Notes: generated from the sequence alone by a model not told the origin. A stretch of 42,104 bases of DNA from Myxococcales bacterium (GCA_050118395.1 JASFKY010000003.1:1-42104); one strand, 5' to 3'. Numbered from the stretch's first letter, positions 19,567 through 28,953 are shown. A program made the numbers and translations.

Positions 19567-21048
19567 TCAATCCAGCACTCCGTGCAAAAACCATCGCTTC
19601 CGAGGGCGGTCGTAGAAAAGCCAGAGGAAATCTCCCCGATCGGTTTCGGCGTAGTAGTAATCGCGTTCGACCAAGCGCTTCCACCAACCACCGCTGACCC
19701 GATAAGGACCATACAGGTGCTCGATCGCCTGGTTTGCCCCGAGCGCAGGACCGGCTTCCGGCATTTGGGGCTCCCGTGGCCGCAATGCCTTGGGTTTCGC
19801 ATAAACACGCCTGATCATTGATGAAATTGCTGGGACTGCGCCCTTGGTGCTGACCGGGGCACGATCGATTGGCTCCCATTGGAAAGAGGCTTCCGGCAAA
19901 TGCGCTTCACGGATCCGAGCCCTGACCACCGAATGCTCTCCATATGCGGCACGGATTCGGGCGAGCGCGCGATGGGCGGCGCCCATGTCACGAGGAGGTT
20001 GATGCCCAGGTAGGGGAGCTTGCTCTGCGGCCGCCCGGACGGTCGTGGCGAGGAGCTCTACGTCTTCGACGGCGCCTGACAGTTGGGTTTCGCCGAGTCG
20101 AAGGCGAATCAACTCGAGCAGCAACATGAGATCCAACGTTGCAGAGGCAGGTTCGAGGTGTTCGCGATGAGTGGAAGCTCGTTCCAGTCGAAGAGACAAA
20201 TCCAACGATTGAATTGCTTCTCCACGTGCCCGCACCTGGTGCAGCAACGAGTGAAGAGCGCCTTTCAATGCAAAAAGAAGACGATGCTGATCGTCGTCGG
20301 GCGGATCGACTTGAAAAGAAATTCGGGCCGGCTCATCGAAGCCACGCGGCTGAATGGGAAGCTGAAGACCCTCTGCAAAAGAATCATGAAGCGAGCTTGC
20401 CTCGGCCCCGAAACGGCTATGCAGCTCTCCTGCCGGAACGGACAGAAAGTCGCCCAAGGTTTCGATGCCCAACGCATGCAAGCCTTCGCAGACCTCCCCG
20501 GGCAGATCGAACAATCGAAGCGGGACCTCGTTTGATTTGGCGCATTCTTCTTGAGGGCTTTCGATGACGTTGACCCCACCACCGGTCATCGCAACGGCCA
20601 ATGCTCGATGACGATGAAACCCCACGGTTACCGTGTTTTGCCAACGTCGTGCCCGCAAATAGCGGTGAATGCAGGTTGCCCAGTTGCGATGGCCGCCATA
20701 GAGGCTCCTCAATCCTTCCGGATCGACGTGGAATGCGCCGCAATGAGCGCTTGCTTCGACTTTGGGCGAAAAGGTTTGAAGCGAGGCGACTAGATCTTCG
20801 ATGACGCGCGACTTTTGCTCGGTCGATACGACTGCAGTGCGCAAGTGAGGCAATAGATCGCGCGCCACGATTTGGCGCATTCCAATGTGCAGGCGGCTCT
20901 TTCGAGCGAGCTCGTTCAGGTGTGTGATGCGGCCATGGGGCCCTTCGTCATCGACGATGGCCACCGGCCACCTCTGCCAGTTGGGTTTTTCGTGAAAGAG
21001 AATTTGCAATGGAAGCACGGGCAACAAAACGCAGCTCGTTCGCTTCAT
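19567..21048 (-). CDS. imuB: ImuB (inactive Y-family polymerase, mutasome scaffold)
   Basis: Y-family fold elements (LHALGIETLGDF, ELHSRFG), C-terminal GPYRVSGGWW...RDYY...WFLHG; between imuA and dnaE2. Confidence 0.93.
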   Translation of the reverse strand: MKRTSCVLLPVLPLQILFHEKPNWQRWPVAIVDDEGPHGRITHLNELARKSRLHIGMRQIVARDLLPHLRTAVVSTEQKSRVIEDLVASLQTFSPKVEASAHCGAFHVDPEGLRSLYGGHRNWATCIHRYLRARRWQNTVTVGFHRHRALAVAMTGGGVNVIESPQEECAKSNEVPLRLFDLPGEVCEGLHALGIETLGDFLSVPAGELHSRFGAEASSLHDSFAEGLQLPIQPRGFDEPARISFQVDPPDDDQHRLLFALKGALHSLLHQVRARGEAIQSLDLSLRLERASTHREHLEPASATLDLMLLLELIRLRLGETQLSGAVEDVELLATTVRAAAEQAPLPGHQPPRDMGAAHRALARIRAAYGEHSVVRARIREAHLPEASFQWEPIDRAPVSTKGAVPAISSMIRRVYAKPKALRPREPQMPEAGPALGANQAIEHLYGPYRVSGGWWKRLVERDYYYAETDRGDFLWLFYDRPRKRWFLHGVLD

Positions 21049-21677
21049 GACGTCCCTCGCAAACCTACTGGAGCAATGGAAGGGATTGGGGACGGCTCGG
21101 CGCCGAGACCGACTTTGTCTTTCAAAATCGTCGTATGGACTTGGAATTGATCGGCACGAAGGCTGCCGCGCTTGGGCTCGATGCGAAGACCCACCAAGGG
21201 ACCCGAAGAAGGATCTTCGTGCGTGTTGGAGGTGAGGAGGAGAACGAGGCCGTCGTACTGACGCATCATGCCTTGAAGGCGGCCTTGCCAGTTGACCGAG
21301 GACCCGGGTGGGGTCGCATCCGTGAGATCGAGCACGGTCAATCCAAATGCACCAGAGCGAGCGAGCCATTCCGCTGCTCGGATGGGTGCAAATGGGCCCG
21401 CAGCGCCCGGCACCTGAATGACGAGGAAACAATCGAGGTCGACTCCCGCGGCATCGAGATCGGGAGGGAACAAAGATCCGTCTTTGGGCTGTACCCAAGC
21501 GACGAGCTCGCCACGCGCTTGCGCTTGGATCACGCAGGAAACCGCCGTGGTCGTTCGAGCACAGGCATGCCGCCCCGACAGCTCCACCAACCGTGCCCGG
21601 GGCAGCAGCTCCGAAAGCGGCAAAGTCTTGGCCAAGACCCGCGGTTGCTCGGTTTCGATGGGGGTCCCAAAAGCCAT
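21045..21677 (-). CDS. imuA: ImuA (RecA-like mutasome accessory protein)
   Basis: LPRARLVELSG, degenerate Walker A GRHACARTT, LFPPDLDAAGVDL and LARSGAFGLTVLD; first gene of the cassette. Confidence 0.88.
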   Translation of the reverse strand: MAFGTPIETEQPRVLAKTLPLSELLPRARLVELSGRHACARTTTAVSCVIQAQARGELVAWVQPKDGSLFPPDLDAAGVDLDCFLVIQVPGAAGPFAPIRAAEWLARSGAFGLTVLDLTDATPPGSSVNWQGRLQGMMRQYDGLVLLLTSNTHEDPSSGPLVGLRIEPKRGSLRADQFQVHTTILKDKVGLGAEPSPIPSIAPVGLRGTS

Positions 21678-21687
21678 GGGACCACCC

Positions 21688-21715
21688 AATATACTGAACA
21701 AATAATCAGTCGCAA
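21688..21715 (-). promoter_or_regulatory. Putative sigma70 promoter of imuA-imuB-dnaE2
   Basis: TTGCGA-N16-TATATT, where the spacer is exactly the LexA box. Confidence 0.55.
21694..21709 (-). promoter_or_regulatory. LexA (SOS) box, Myxococcus-type
   Basis: Minus strand CTGATTATTTGTTCAG (CTG-N10-CAG, ending GTTCAG as in the M. xanthus consensus CTRHAMRYBYGTTCAGS), 16 nt upstream of the imuA ATG. Confidence 0.8.
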
Positions 21716-21731
21716 GGACAGTGTGGCATAT

Positions 21732-23502
21732 CCGTCAAAACGAAGCGATTTCAGACCCTTAGGCAGAACCGGAGCAACCTCGGATCGCGTCGATGGCTTC
21801 TTGGTAGGACAAAGAACGAGTGGTGGTACCAAGCGCGGCGGAGGCGATACGGACCCGTCTTGCCGCGGGGTTTCCATCGTCGACAATCGCGAGGACCGCC
21901 TCGCGGACCGAACCCGAAAGCGAAGCCTCCAACACCTCGGCGCTCGCAGCCTGCAGCTGCGGGTCGTCGCTGCACAACCCTCGCCAAAGCAATCCGAAAT
22001 TTTCACCAGGCCGTAGCAAAGCCATCAACGAGAACGTCCGTTCCAACGCAGCCCGTTCCTTGTCGCGCAATGCGGTTTGCAACGACTCGCCGTCTGCAGC
22101 GCGGACGGGCCCACGGCCTTCGATGGCAGCACGCCACTGAAGAAGCTCGATGAGGCGAATCAGGCTCGACCTGAGCTGATCTTCCAATACCGCGTCATCG
22201 AGGCCGGCATTGGGCGCATCTTCATACAGGCGGCCGAGCGTCCGAACGAAACGAAGACGCGATCGAAATTGATCTACGTATCTCTGCCGTGTCGATACGA
22301 TGAGCAGCAACCAACCAGACGCAAAAAGAAGCAGGACGATACCAAGTTGCGCGATCGAGATCCCGAACGCGATGGAGAAGATGATCAGCAACGATGCGAG
22401 TCCCTGTCCCACGCGATGACCGAACACTTCGATCATGCCTTTGGCCTGTTCACGTCGACGGCGATCGAGGGGCAGAAACAGCACTTCCACCGAGCCTCGA
22501 TACAGCGTGTGGCGCAAGCTGCCATCGAATGCCTTGAGAGCCACGGCAAAGGGAAGAACCGGCCCCAGGGTCAAGCCTACGGCCCCGCCCATGATCAGCA
22601 CCGGCAGCAGGGCCAAGCTCCGGTGAGCGCCGAGCCCGCGTAGAAGCCAACCCGCGCCGACGAGCTGGACGACCAAAGCGACTGCATTGAGACCCAGGTA
22701 AAAACGAGCGAAAAAGAGCCCGAGACGGGCGGTGGCGACGTGCTGAGCCACGGTGCTCTTGAAGACGAAATCGACGAACGTGAGCGCGATTGTTCCCATC
22801 AGCACCACAGTCAGCAACCGCGAGACGTAGCCATCGGTGACGAGCTGCCCGAGCGAGGGTCGCGGTGCGTCGTCGATCGACTGCATCGGCTGTGTCCCGT
22901 CGTGGACCTTCCAAAGAAAAGCAGTCGCCGCTGCAATTGCCAGGATGATTGCCGCCGAGACGACCAGGCCGGAGGGCGCGATCAATCGAAGCAAACGTTC
23001 CGAGAGCAGGGAGCCCAAAGTTGCGCCGGTCACGCCGCCTGCTGCAACCGCAGGGAAGATGCGCTTGGCTTGGGCCACCGTCACCGCATCGTCGAGCAAG
23101 AGCCAGAATTCGATCAAGACGACCGTGATCAACAGCCCCGTCCAGACGTAAAAGCCAAATGGAGCCCATGCGCCCATGTCCTCGAGCAACGCCCAGAAGC
23201 CCAAAGTCACCAAGGAGCCGAAAACCAGCGATGCGGCGAGCAAGGCACGGCGATCGCGAACGTGAGGTAGCAAGCGCCGGTGGATCGCGAGCTCCGCGAT
23301 GGCCAGCAAGGCAATGGCCAAGTAGGCCCGTGGAAGGTCGGTTGCCGGCAAGTTGGTCAGGAAAAGGGTATCGCGCGCCGTTTCCATCACGGAATGGGCG
23401 GTCATGATCGCCATCAGGGTCACGAAGCCGACCGCGAGGTTTGCGCGATCCTCTCGACGAACCGAAAAGCGCATGCGTGACGAGCACGGTACCGTCAAAA
23501 CG
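21732..23502. repeat. 11-bp direct repeat CCGTCAAAACG (21732-21742 and 23492-23502) flanking the NTT-like gene
   Basis: Exact copies in the two short intergenic regions on either side of 21759..23474. Confidence 0.5.
21759..23474 (-). CDS. Npt1/Npt2 (TLC, ADP/ATP carrier)-like MFS transporter with short helical C-terminal tail
   Basis: About 12 TMs; ETARDTLFL, FYVWTG, QAKRIFP, DFVFKS, DGSLRHTLYRGSVEVLFLPL and AKGMIE. Alternative start at 23498. Confidence 0.75.
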   Translation of the reverse strand: MRFSVRREDRANLAVGFVTLMAIMTAHSVMETARDTLFLTNLPATDLPRAYLAIALLAIAELAIHRRLLPHVRDRRALLAASLVFGSLVTLGFWALLEDMGAWAPFGFYVWTGLLITVVLIEFWLLLDDAVTVAQAKRIFPAVAAGGVTGATLGSLLSERLLRLIAPSGLVVSAAIILAIAAATAFLWKVHDGTQPMQSIDDAPRPSLGQLVTDGYVSRLLTVVLMGTIALTFVDFVFKSTVAQHVATARLGLFFARFYLGLNAVALVVQLVGAGWLLRGLGAHRSLALLPVLIMGGAVGLTLGPVLPFAVALKAFDGSLRHTLYRGSVEVLFLPLDRRRREQAKGMIEVFGHRVGQGLASLLIIFSIAFGISIAQLGIVLLLFASGWLLLIVSTRQRYVDQFRSRLRFVRTLGRLYEDAPNAGLDDAVLEDQLRSSLIRLIELLQWRAAIEGRGPVRAADGESLQTALRDKERAALERTFSLMALLRPGENFGLLWRGLCSDDPQLQAASAEVLEASLSGSVREAVLAIVDDGNPAARRVRIASAALGTTTRSLSYQEAIDAIRGCSGSA

Positions 23503-23548
23503 CACGGTGGTCATTTCTCGTGCAGGGTGGCCGGCGGTCTCGGGGAGG

Positions 23549-24448
23549 TCATCTGCGGCGGAGCGCCTCGAGCTCTTCCACGGACCGGGGCCAGTCGCCT
23601 TTCAGCAGCCGTGACAGCGATCGATCGGCCAGCAATTTGCCTCCGGTCTGGCAAGTCGCGCAGTAGTTGGTTTCGCGGTCGGTGAAGACGATCCGTTGAA
23701 TGGGATCTCCGCAGACCGGACAAGGTTGGCCGTACTTGCCGTGCACGGACATTTCCGGCCGAAATGCGGTCACTTTTTCCGGGAACTCGCCTCCCTGCTG
23801 CTCCACCAAGCGAGCTGTCCATTCGTTCAAGACCTCCCGGGTCGCCTGGTACAATCGCTCGAGTTGCGGCGGGGTCAGCCTCTGAGTCCACATCAGCGGC
23901 GAAAGTCCCGCACGGTGCAGGATCTCGTCGGAGTAGGCGTTGCCGATTCCACTCAGGATTCGCGGGTCGGTGAGGGCGCGTTTCACGGTGTGGTTCCGTG
24001 CTTGCATCGAGGCAGCGAAGCGCTCGTAATCGATTTCCAGTGGCTCGAGGCCCCCCGGGTCGTGCTCGTCGAGGGCATTCCGGCCCCGGCAAAGGTGCAC
24101 CGAAGCCCGCCTCTTCTTGCTGGCTTCCGTGAGCCACAAAGCGCCTTCGTCGAAATCGAACGCTGCGAGCCCAATTCGAGCCGGGATCTTGCGATGGGGC
24201 TCCTTCCATTGAAGGCGCCCGGCGATCATCAGGTGCACCACGACGAACAAATCGTCCTCCAGCTCGATCACCAGGCGTTTGCCGAGGCGATCTAAGTCGA
24301 TGACACGCTTTTCATGGATGGCATGGATGGGCGGATCGACGCTGCGGACAACGAAGGGAGACGCTAGCCGCACGCCACGAAGGGTCTTCGCGACGATGCG
24401 TGGCCGAAGCGCGTGGAGATATAGCTCGACGTCGGGCAGCTCAGGCAT
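23549..24448 (-). CDS. Fpg/Nei family DNA glycosylase/AP lyase
   Basis: N-terminal MPELPDVE, RLGKRL, HLMIAG, H2TH motif SGIGNAYSDEILH and zinc finger CPVC...CATCQ. Confidence 0.95.
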   Translation of the reverse strand: MPELPDVELYLHALRPRIVAKTLRGVRLASPFVVRSVDPPIHAIHEKRVIDLDRLGKRLVIELEDDLFVVVHLMIAGRLQWKEPHRKIPARIGLAAFDFDEGALWLTEASKKRRASVHLCRGRNALDEHDPGGLEPLEIDYERFAASMQARNHTVKRALTDPRILSGIGNAYSDEILHRAGLSPLMWTQRLTPPQLERLYQATREVLNEWTARLVEQQGGEFPEKVTAFRPEMSVHGKYGQPCPVCGDPIQRIVFTDRETNYCATCQTGGKLLADRSLSRLLKGDWPRSVEELEALRRR

Positions 24449-24450
24449 GG

Positions 24451-25269
24451 CTAGCGCAAGTGCGGATCGAGGCGGTCCCGCAACCAGTCGCCGGTGAGGT
24501 TGAAACCAAGCACGGTGATCGCGATCGCACCTCCGGAAAACAGAGCCACGTGTGGAAAACGCAGCAGCACGCTGGTGCCTTGATCGAGGAGAGCTCCCCA
24601 CGAGATGGCTTTTCCGGGCCCGAGACCGAGAAAAGAAAGCGTGGATTCGGTCAAGATCACCACACCGAGACCGGTGGTGGCCTGAATCACCAAGGGTCCG
24701 AGCAGATTGGGGATGACGTGGCGGCCCATCACCTGATGAGCGGGGACACCCAGCGCCCTAGCGGCTTCGACGAACTCTCTTTCCCTCAATGAAAGCGTTT
24801 CGGCACGGGCCAACCGTGCATACAAGACCCACCCATTGACCAAAAGGGCCACGATGAGATGGATGAGTCCGGGTCTCGCCACCAGTGCGAGCACCGCAAT
24901 GTTGAGGATGATGGCGGGAAATGCCTGTACGAGGTCTGCGACGCCGGTCACGAGGTGATCGGCCAGTCGGCCATAGTAACCTGCCCAGGTGCCTACCAAG
25001 GTTCCGATCACGATCGACACGCCGACGACCACGATGCTCACCACGGCAGCCAGCCGCGCTCCGTACAGCAAGGCGCTGAGAATGTCGATCCCGTTGTCTC
25101 CGGTGCCGAGCCAATGTGCACGCGAGGGCGATTCGTACTCGTGGAGCAAATCGATCGACAACGGGTCGTACGGCGCGACCCAGGGCCCGATCAGCGCGAT
25201 CACGAAGAAGCCGAAGACGATGAAGACTCCGATAGGGGTCTGCGCAAACACCTTTTGGACCTTCTTCAT
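24451..25269 (-). CDS. Peptide/nickel ABC transporter permease (DppC/OppC-like)
   Basis: HWLGTGDNGIDILS, EREFVEAARALG (EAA motif) and RHVIPN. Confidence 0.93.
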   Translation of the reverse strand: MKKVQKVFAQTPIGVFIVFGFFVIALIGPWVAPYDPLSIDLLHEYESPSRAHWLGTGDNGIDILSALLYGARLAAVVSIVVVGVSIVIGTLVGTWAGYYGRLADHLVTGVADLVQAFPAIILNIAVLALVARPGLIHLIVALLVNGWVLYARLARAETLSLREREFVEAARALGVPAHQVMGRHVIPNLLGPLVIQATTGLGVVILTESTLSFLGLGPGKAISWGALLDQGTSVLLRFPHVALFSGGAIAITVLGFNLTGDWLRDRLDPHLR

Positions 25270-26207
25270 GACAGCCGAACCCGCGGGTCTACGACCCCGT
25301 ATGCCAAGTCCACTGCGAGGTTGACGCCCACGTAGATGAGCGCGATCAACAGCACGCAACCCTGCACCACCGGGATGTCGCGGGCGAAAAATCCGTCCAA
25401 AAACAGGGTGCCCAAGCCTGGTCTCTCGAAAATTTTCTCGGTGACGACCGTGCCGGACAGCAGCGCACCGAGCTGCGCCGCACCAATGGTCATGACGGGG
25501 AGCAACGCGTTTCGTAGCGCGTGGCGCAGGAGCAGGGGCCCCGACGGGACGCCCCGTGCGCGCGCCGCCGTGATGTACTGCTCGGACAACACGCCGATCA
25601 TCGCCGCGCGCGTTTGTCGCGTGAGCACTGCGGCGAGCGCGGTGCCGATGGTGATGGCAGGGAGGATCAACGCTTCGGGCCCGGCAAGGTCATCGCCTGG
25701 CAGCGGCAACCAACGAAGCTTCACCCCGAACGCGAGAATCAACAACGGCCCCAGCCATATGTTGGGAATGGCCAATCCGGCCACGGCCACGGTCGAGGCC
25801 AGCTTGTCCCAACCTCGACCCGCGTGAGCGGCTGCCAACGTGCCGAGGGGAACCGCTACCAGCCAGGCCACCAACCACGCCGCGAGCGCGAGGATTACCG
25901 TTTCTGGCAATACCTGTCGCATCATCGACCACACGGTGCGGTCGGGTTGCCGGAACGAACGGCCGAGGCTGCCGTCGGCGACTTGCCGAAGAAACGACGC
26001 ATATTGCGCGCCCAAAGGCTCATCGAGATGCAGCGCGTGCCGAAGCTCTGCTTTTTCCTCGGGGCCTGCCTGGTCTCCCAAGATCGCCTCGACTGGGTCG
26101 CCGGGGATCAAGCGCACCAGCAGGAACACGATCGTGACCAGACCGGCTACGGTCAGCGCGGCTCGGGACAGACGAGCCGCCAAGTACCCCCATAGGCCTG
26201 CAGACAT
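25266..26207 (-). CDS. Peptide/nickel ABC transporter permease (DppB/OppB-like)
   Basis: LIPGDP, GSLGRS, YITAARARG, HALRNALLP and DPRVR. Start could be 26207-26219. Confidence 0.93.
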   Translation of the reverse strand: MSAGLWGYLAARLSRAALTVAGLVTIVFLLVRLIPGDPVEAILGDQAGPEEKAELRHALHLDEPLGAQYASFLRQVADGSLGRSFRQPDRTVWSMMRQVLPETVILALAAWLVAWLVAVPLGTLAAAHAGRGWDKLASTVAVAGLAIPNIWLGPLLILAFGVKLRWLPLPGDDLAGPEALILPAITIGTALAAVLTRQTRAAMIGVLSEQYITAARARGVPSGPLLLRHALRNALLPVMTIGAAQLGALLSGTVVTEKIFERPGLGTLFLDGFFARDIPVVQGCVLLIALIYVGVNLAVDLAYGVVDPRVRLS

Positions 26208-26273
26208 CACCGGCACCATTGTATGCGCAACGGATGCCTTTCGTCGGCTTCGCGGCCTCGGGAGCCCTCGGGG

Positions 26274-26729
26274 TTACAGGCCTCCATCGGGCCCGAACGC
26301 CGTCGCAGGGGTAGACGTGGGGGTCAGCGCAGCGCAGATCTTCGATTCTGCGCGACTTCCTTCGAGATCGATGATGCGCGCAACCTGCTCATCTACGGGC
26401 AGATTCGGCTCGAATTCCCCACTCATGTTGATCTCGCTGGGCAAGACGCAGGAGTAGTCGGTGCGGCAGTTCCCATCTTCGGTGCAGGTTTTCATGCACC
26501 AAGTTTCGGCGGTGCGGCTCGGGATGAAGCGCCACTCCACGCACGCGCCCTGGGGGCAGGTGTCGGGATCGCAAGAAAAGACCGTGCAGTAGCCGCCCGG
26601 CTGCGCGAGATCGCACTGTCGCTCCCCGGTCGGCGAACAGTCCGTGGAGCTCCTGCACGAGTCGCCGATCCGCTGTTGGCATCCCGCCGCCGCGAGCCCG
26701 GCAAGCACTAAGACAATCGCACGTCGCAT
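26274..26729 (-). CDS. Cysteine-rich putative lipoprotein
   Basis: MRRAIVLVLAGLAAAG|C lipobox-like signal, then 12 further Cys (IGDSC...PGGYCT...CMKTC...CRTDYSC). Confidence 0.75.
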   Translation of the reverse strand: MRRAIVLVLAGLAAAGCQQRIGDSCRSSTDCSPTGERQCDLAQPGGYCTVFSCDPDTCPQGACVEWRFIPSRTAETWCMKTCTEDGNCRTDYSCVLPSEINMSGEFEPNLPVDEQVARIIDLEGSRAESKICAALTPTSTPATAFGPDGGL

Positions 26730-26806
26730 CGGCGGCGGAGCATACGGGACAGCACTGGTGATCGCCAATCGCCCTGCGTTCGGCAAGAACGGGTGGTAGA
26801 TTGGCG

Positions 26807-28924
26807 ATGTTGCGGGTTTTATGGCTGGGGGCATGGATCGCGTGGCTCGCCTGCGCCTGGGCGCTGGCAGAGGGCGGACTCGAGCGCGTGGCCAAGTTGG
26901 TACGAGCCGGCGACGCGGAGGAAGCCCTGGTCGAGATCGCGACCCTCCCCGCGCAGCAACGCGATGAAGACGCGGTTCGTTACCTGCAAGGCCGCCTGAT
27001 GCTGGAGGTCGGCCGTCCCTGCGACGCAATGGAACGGCTTGCGCAAACCCCCTCGACTCTTCCCGAAGCGATGCGCGAGGACTCCATGCGCCGTTGGGCG
27101 ACGGCTGCAGCGCGATGTGGGCACTGCGAGCAAGCGCGCCCCGCCCTACTGGCCGTCAGTTCGAGCGAGCCGGCGGTCACGCGGCACGATCGTGCCCTTG
27201 CCGCGGATTGCGCGTTTCAAATGGGCGAGCTCGAAACCGCCGCCCAGGAGCTCACCGAGCTCACGCGCAAAAGAGCTCCGATGCCGAGCCGACTCTCCTT
27301 GCTCATTCGTTTGTCGGATATCGAGCTCGAGCTCGGACGGGCGGACCAAGCCCGCGAGGCGGCCCTCGAAGCCTGGAAATCAGCGGTCCGACCCGCTGAC
27401 CAAGGCTTTGCGCGAGAGCTCGAGGAGCGGGCCCAGCCGACCACCGACGACCGGATCGATCGGGCGGAGCGGCTCATGGAGGCGCGTCGCTTCGACCGCG
27501 CCGCCCAGGAGCTCGAGTCGATCGCAGCGGTCGATCGAAAAGCCGTCGCTCCGCGCTGGTATCACGTCTACGGCATGGCGCTCTTTCGAATGCGAACGCG
27601 CTATCTCGACGCGGCCAGGGTGCTGCACCGATCGGCAGCGTTCGGCGGGCCGGACGAAATCGAAGACGCATTCCACGCGGCGCGGGCGCTGTCGCGAGCG
27701 GACCACGATGCTCAGGCCATACGCGCCTATCGAAGGTTTGCCCAGCGCTACCCTCGCAGTAGGCGCGCACCCGAGGCGCGATTTCTCGCGGCGTGGCTGG
27801 AGATGCGACTCGGGCGCCCCAATGGGGAAAAGCAAATGCAGCGGCTGGTTCGCGGCCGCGCCCAGGTACGCGGTCGATGGCGCCGGGCGGCGCTTTGGGA
27901 GCTCGGGTTCGAGTCGTTCGAACACAGGCGCTACGCCTCGGCCGTGCGGTACCTCTCGCAGTACGTCGCGCTCACCACCCGGGCGATGGACGAGGCCCGC
28001 GGCCATTACTGGCTTGGACGTTCCTACCGCCGCGGGCCCAAGGCGATCGAAGCCTATCGCAAAGCCATCTCGGTGGAGCCCTTGCACTGGTACGCCACGT
28101 TGGCCGCCCATCGGCTCCACCAGCTCGGGGTTGCCCCCCCGGGTCCGTTCGAGGCCTTTTCTTCGAGTGGCGTCCTCGCGCTCCCGGACGAGGGCTTGCC
28201 CATCCCGAAAGAGCTTTCGGTGTACGAACGGCTCGGCCTCGACGTGGAGGGCGTGAGTTGGCTCCGCGCGCACGAAGACGAGCTCGTGGAGCCCCTCGGA
28301 CAGAAGCTTCGTATTCCTTTGCTTGCGCGGCTCTATCGCGACATCGGCGCCTATCAGGAGGCGCTTCGAATCGCACGCAGACGCCCAGTGTATCTCTATA
28401 GCGATCCGCGCGACCAGCGGTGGTGGTGGGATGCCGTGTACCCCATGCCTTGGCGTTCCATCGTCGACGAGCACCGTGGCAAGCTGCCCGCCGCGCTCGT
28501 CTACGCAACGATGCGCCAAGAAAGCGGATTCCGTCCCGAGGTGGTGAGCCGAGCGGGCGCCGTGGGCTTGATGCAAATCATGCCTGCACTTGCCGCCAAG
28601 CTCGCTGGAGAGCCGGTGACCGCGAAGATGCTCCAGAGCCCCGAGCTCAACATCCCGCTCGGGCTTCGGGAGATGTCACAGCTCGCCGACAGGTTCGACC
28701 ACGTGTATCCGCTCAGCATCGCGGCCTACAATGCGGGCACGAGCCGAGTCCAGCGCTGGCTTCGGGAAAGCGGCAAGATCGAGCTCGACCGGTTCGTAGA
28801 ACGAATCCCCTTCAACGAGACGCGTAACTACGTTCGGCGGGTCAGCACCCACTACGCGCGCTACGCGTATTTGGACGGCCTGGAGTCGGGTTGGCCGGAT
28901 TTGCCTCGCACGGTCGGGCCCTGA
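26807..28924 (+). CDS. slt: Soluble lytic murein transglycosylase (Slt70-like, TPR/helical plus SLT domain)
   Basis: Signal peptide, TPR-like repeats, MRQESGF (catalytic Glu), GAVGLMQIMP, AAYNAG and IPFNETRNYV. Confidence 0.9.
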   Translation: MLRVLWLGAWIAWLACAWALAEGGLERVAKLVRAGDAEEALVEIATLPAQQRDEDAVRYLQGRLMLEVGRPCDAMERLAQTPSTLPEAMREDSMRRWATAAARCGHCEQARPALLAVSSSEPAVTRHDRALAADCAFQMGELETAAQELTELTRKRAPMPSRLSLLIRLSDIELELGRADQAREAALEAWKSAVRPADQGFARELEERAQPTTDDRIDRAERLMEARRFDRAAQELESIAAVDRKAVAPRWYHVYGMALFRMRTRYLDAARVLHRSAAFGGPDEIEDAFHAARALSRADHDAQAIRAYRRFAQRYPRSRRAPEARFLAAWLEMRLGRPNGEKQMQRLVRGRAQVRGRWRRAALWELGFESFEHRRYASAVRYLSQYVALTTRAMDEARGHYWLGRSYRRGPKAIEAYRKAISVEPLHWYATLAAHRLHQLGVAPPGPFEAFSSSGVLALPDEGLPIPKELSVYERLGLDVEGVSWLRAHEDELVEPLGQKLRIPLLARLYRDIGAYQEALRIARRRPVYLYSDPRDQRWWWDAVYPMPWRSIVDEHRGKLPAALVYATMRQESGFRPEVVSRAGAVGLMQIMPALAAKLAGEPVTAKMLQSPELNIPLGLREMSQLADRFDHVYPLSIAAYNAGTSRVQRWLRESGKIELDRFVERIPFNETRNYVRRVSTHYARYAYLDGLESGWPDLPRTVGP

Positions 28925-28925
28925 T

Positions 28926-28953
28926 TTGCCCGTCATGGTGGGCTCGATACAAT
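28926..28953 (+). promoter_or_regulatory. Putative sigma70 promoter of the PP2C gene
   Basis: TTGCCC-N16-TACAAT in the intergenic region about 80 nt upstream of the ATG. Confidence 0.4.

Noticed and set aside
19567-21677. imuA/imuB as pseudogenes because catalytic motifs are missing
   Set aside because: Loss of the Walker A and polymerase carboxylates is normal for ImuA and ImuB; both frames are intact.
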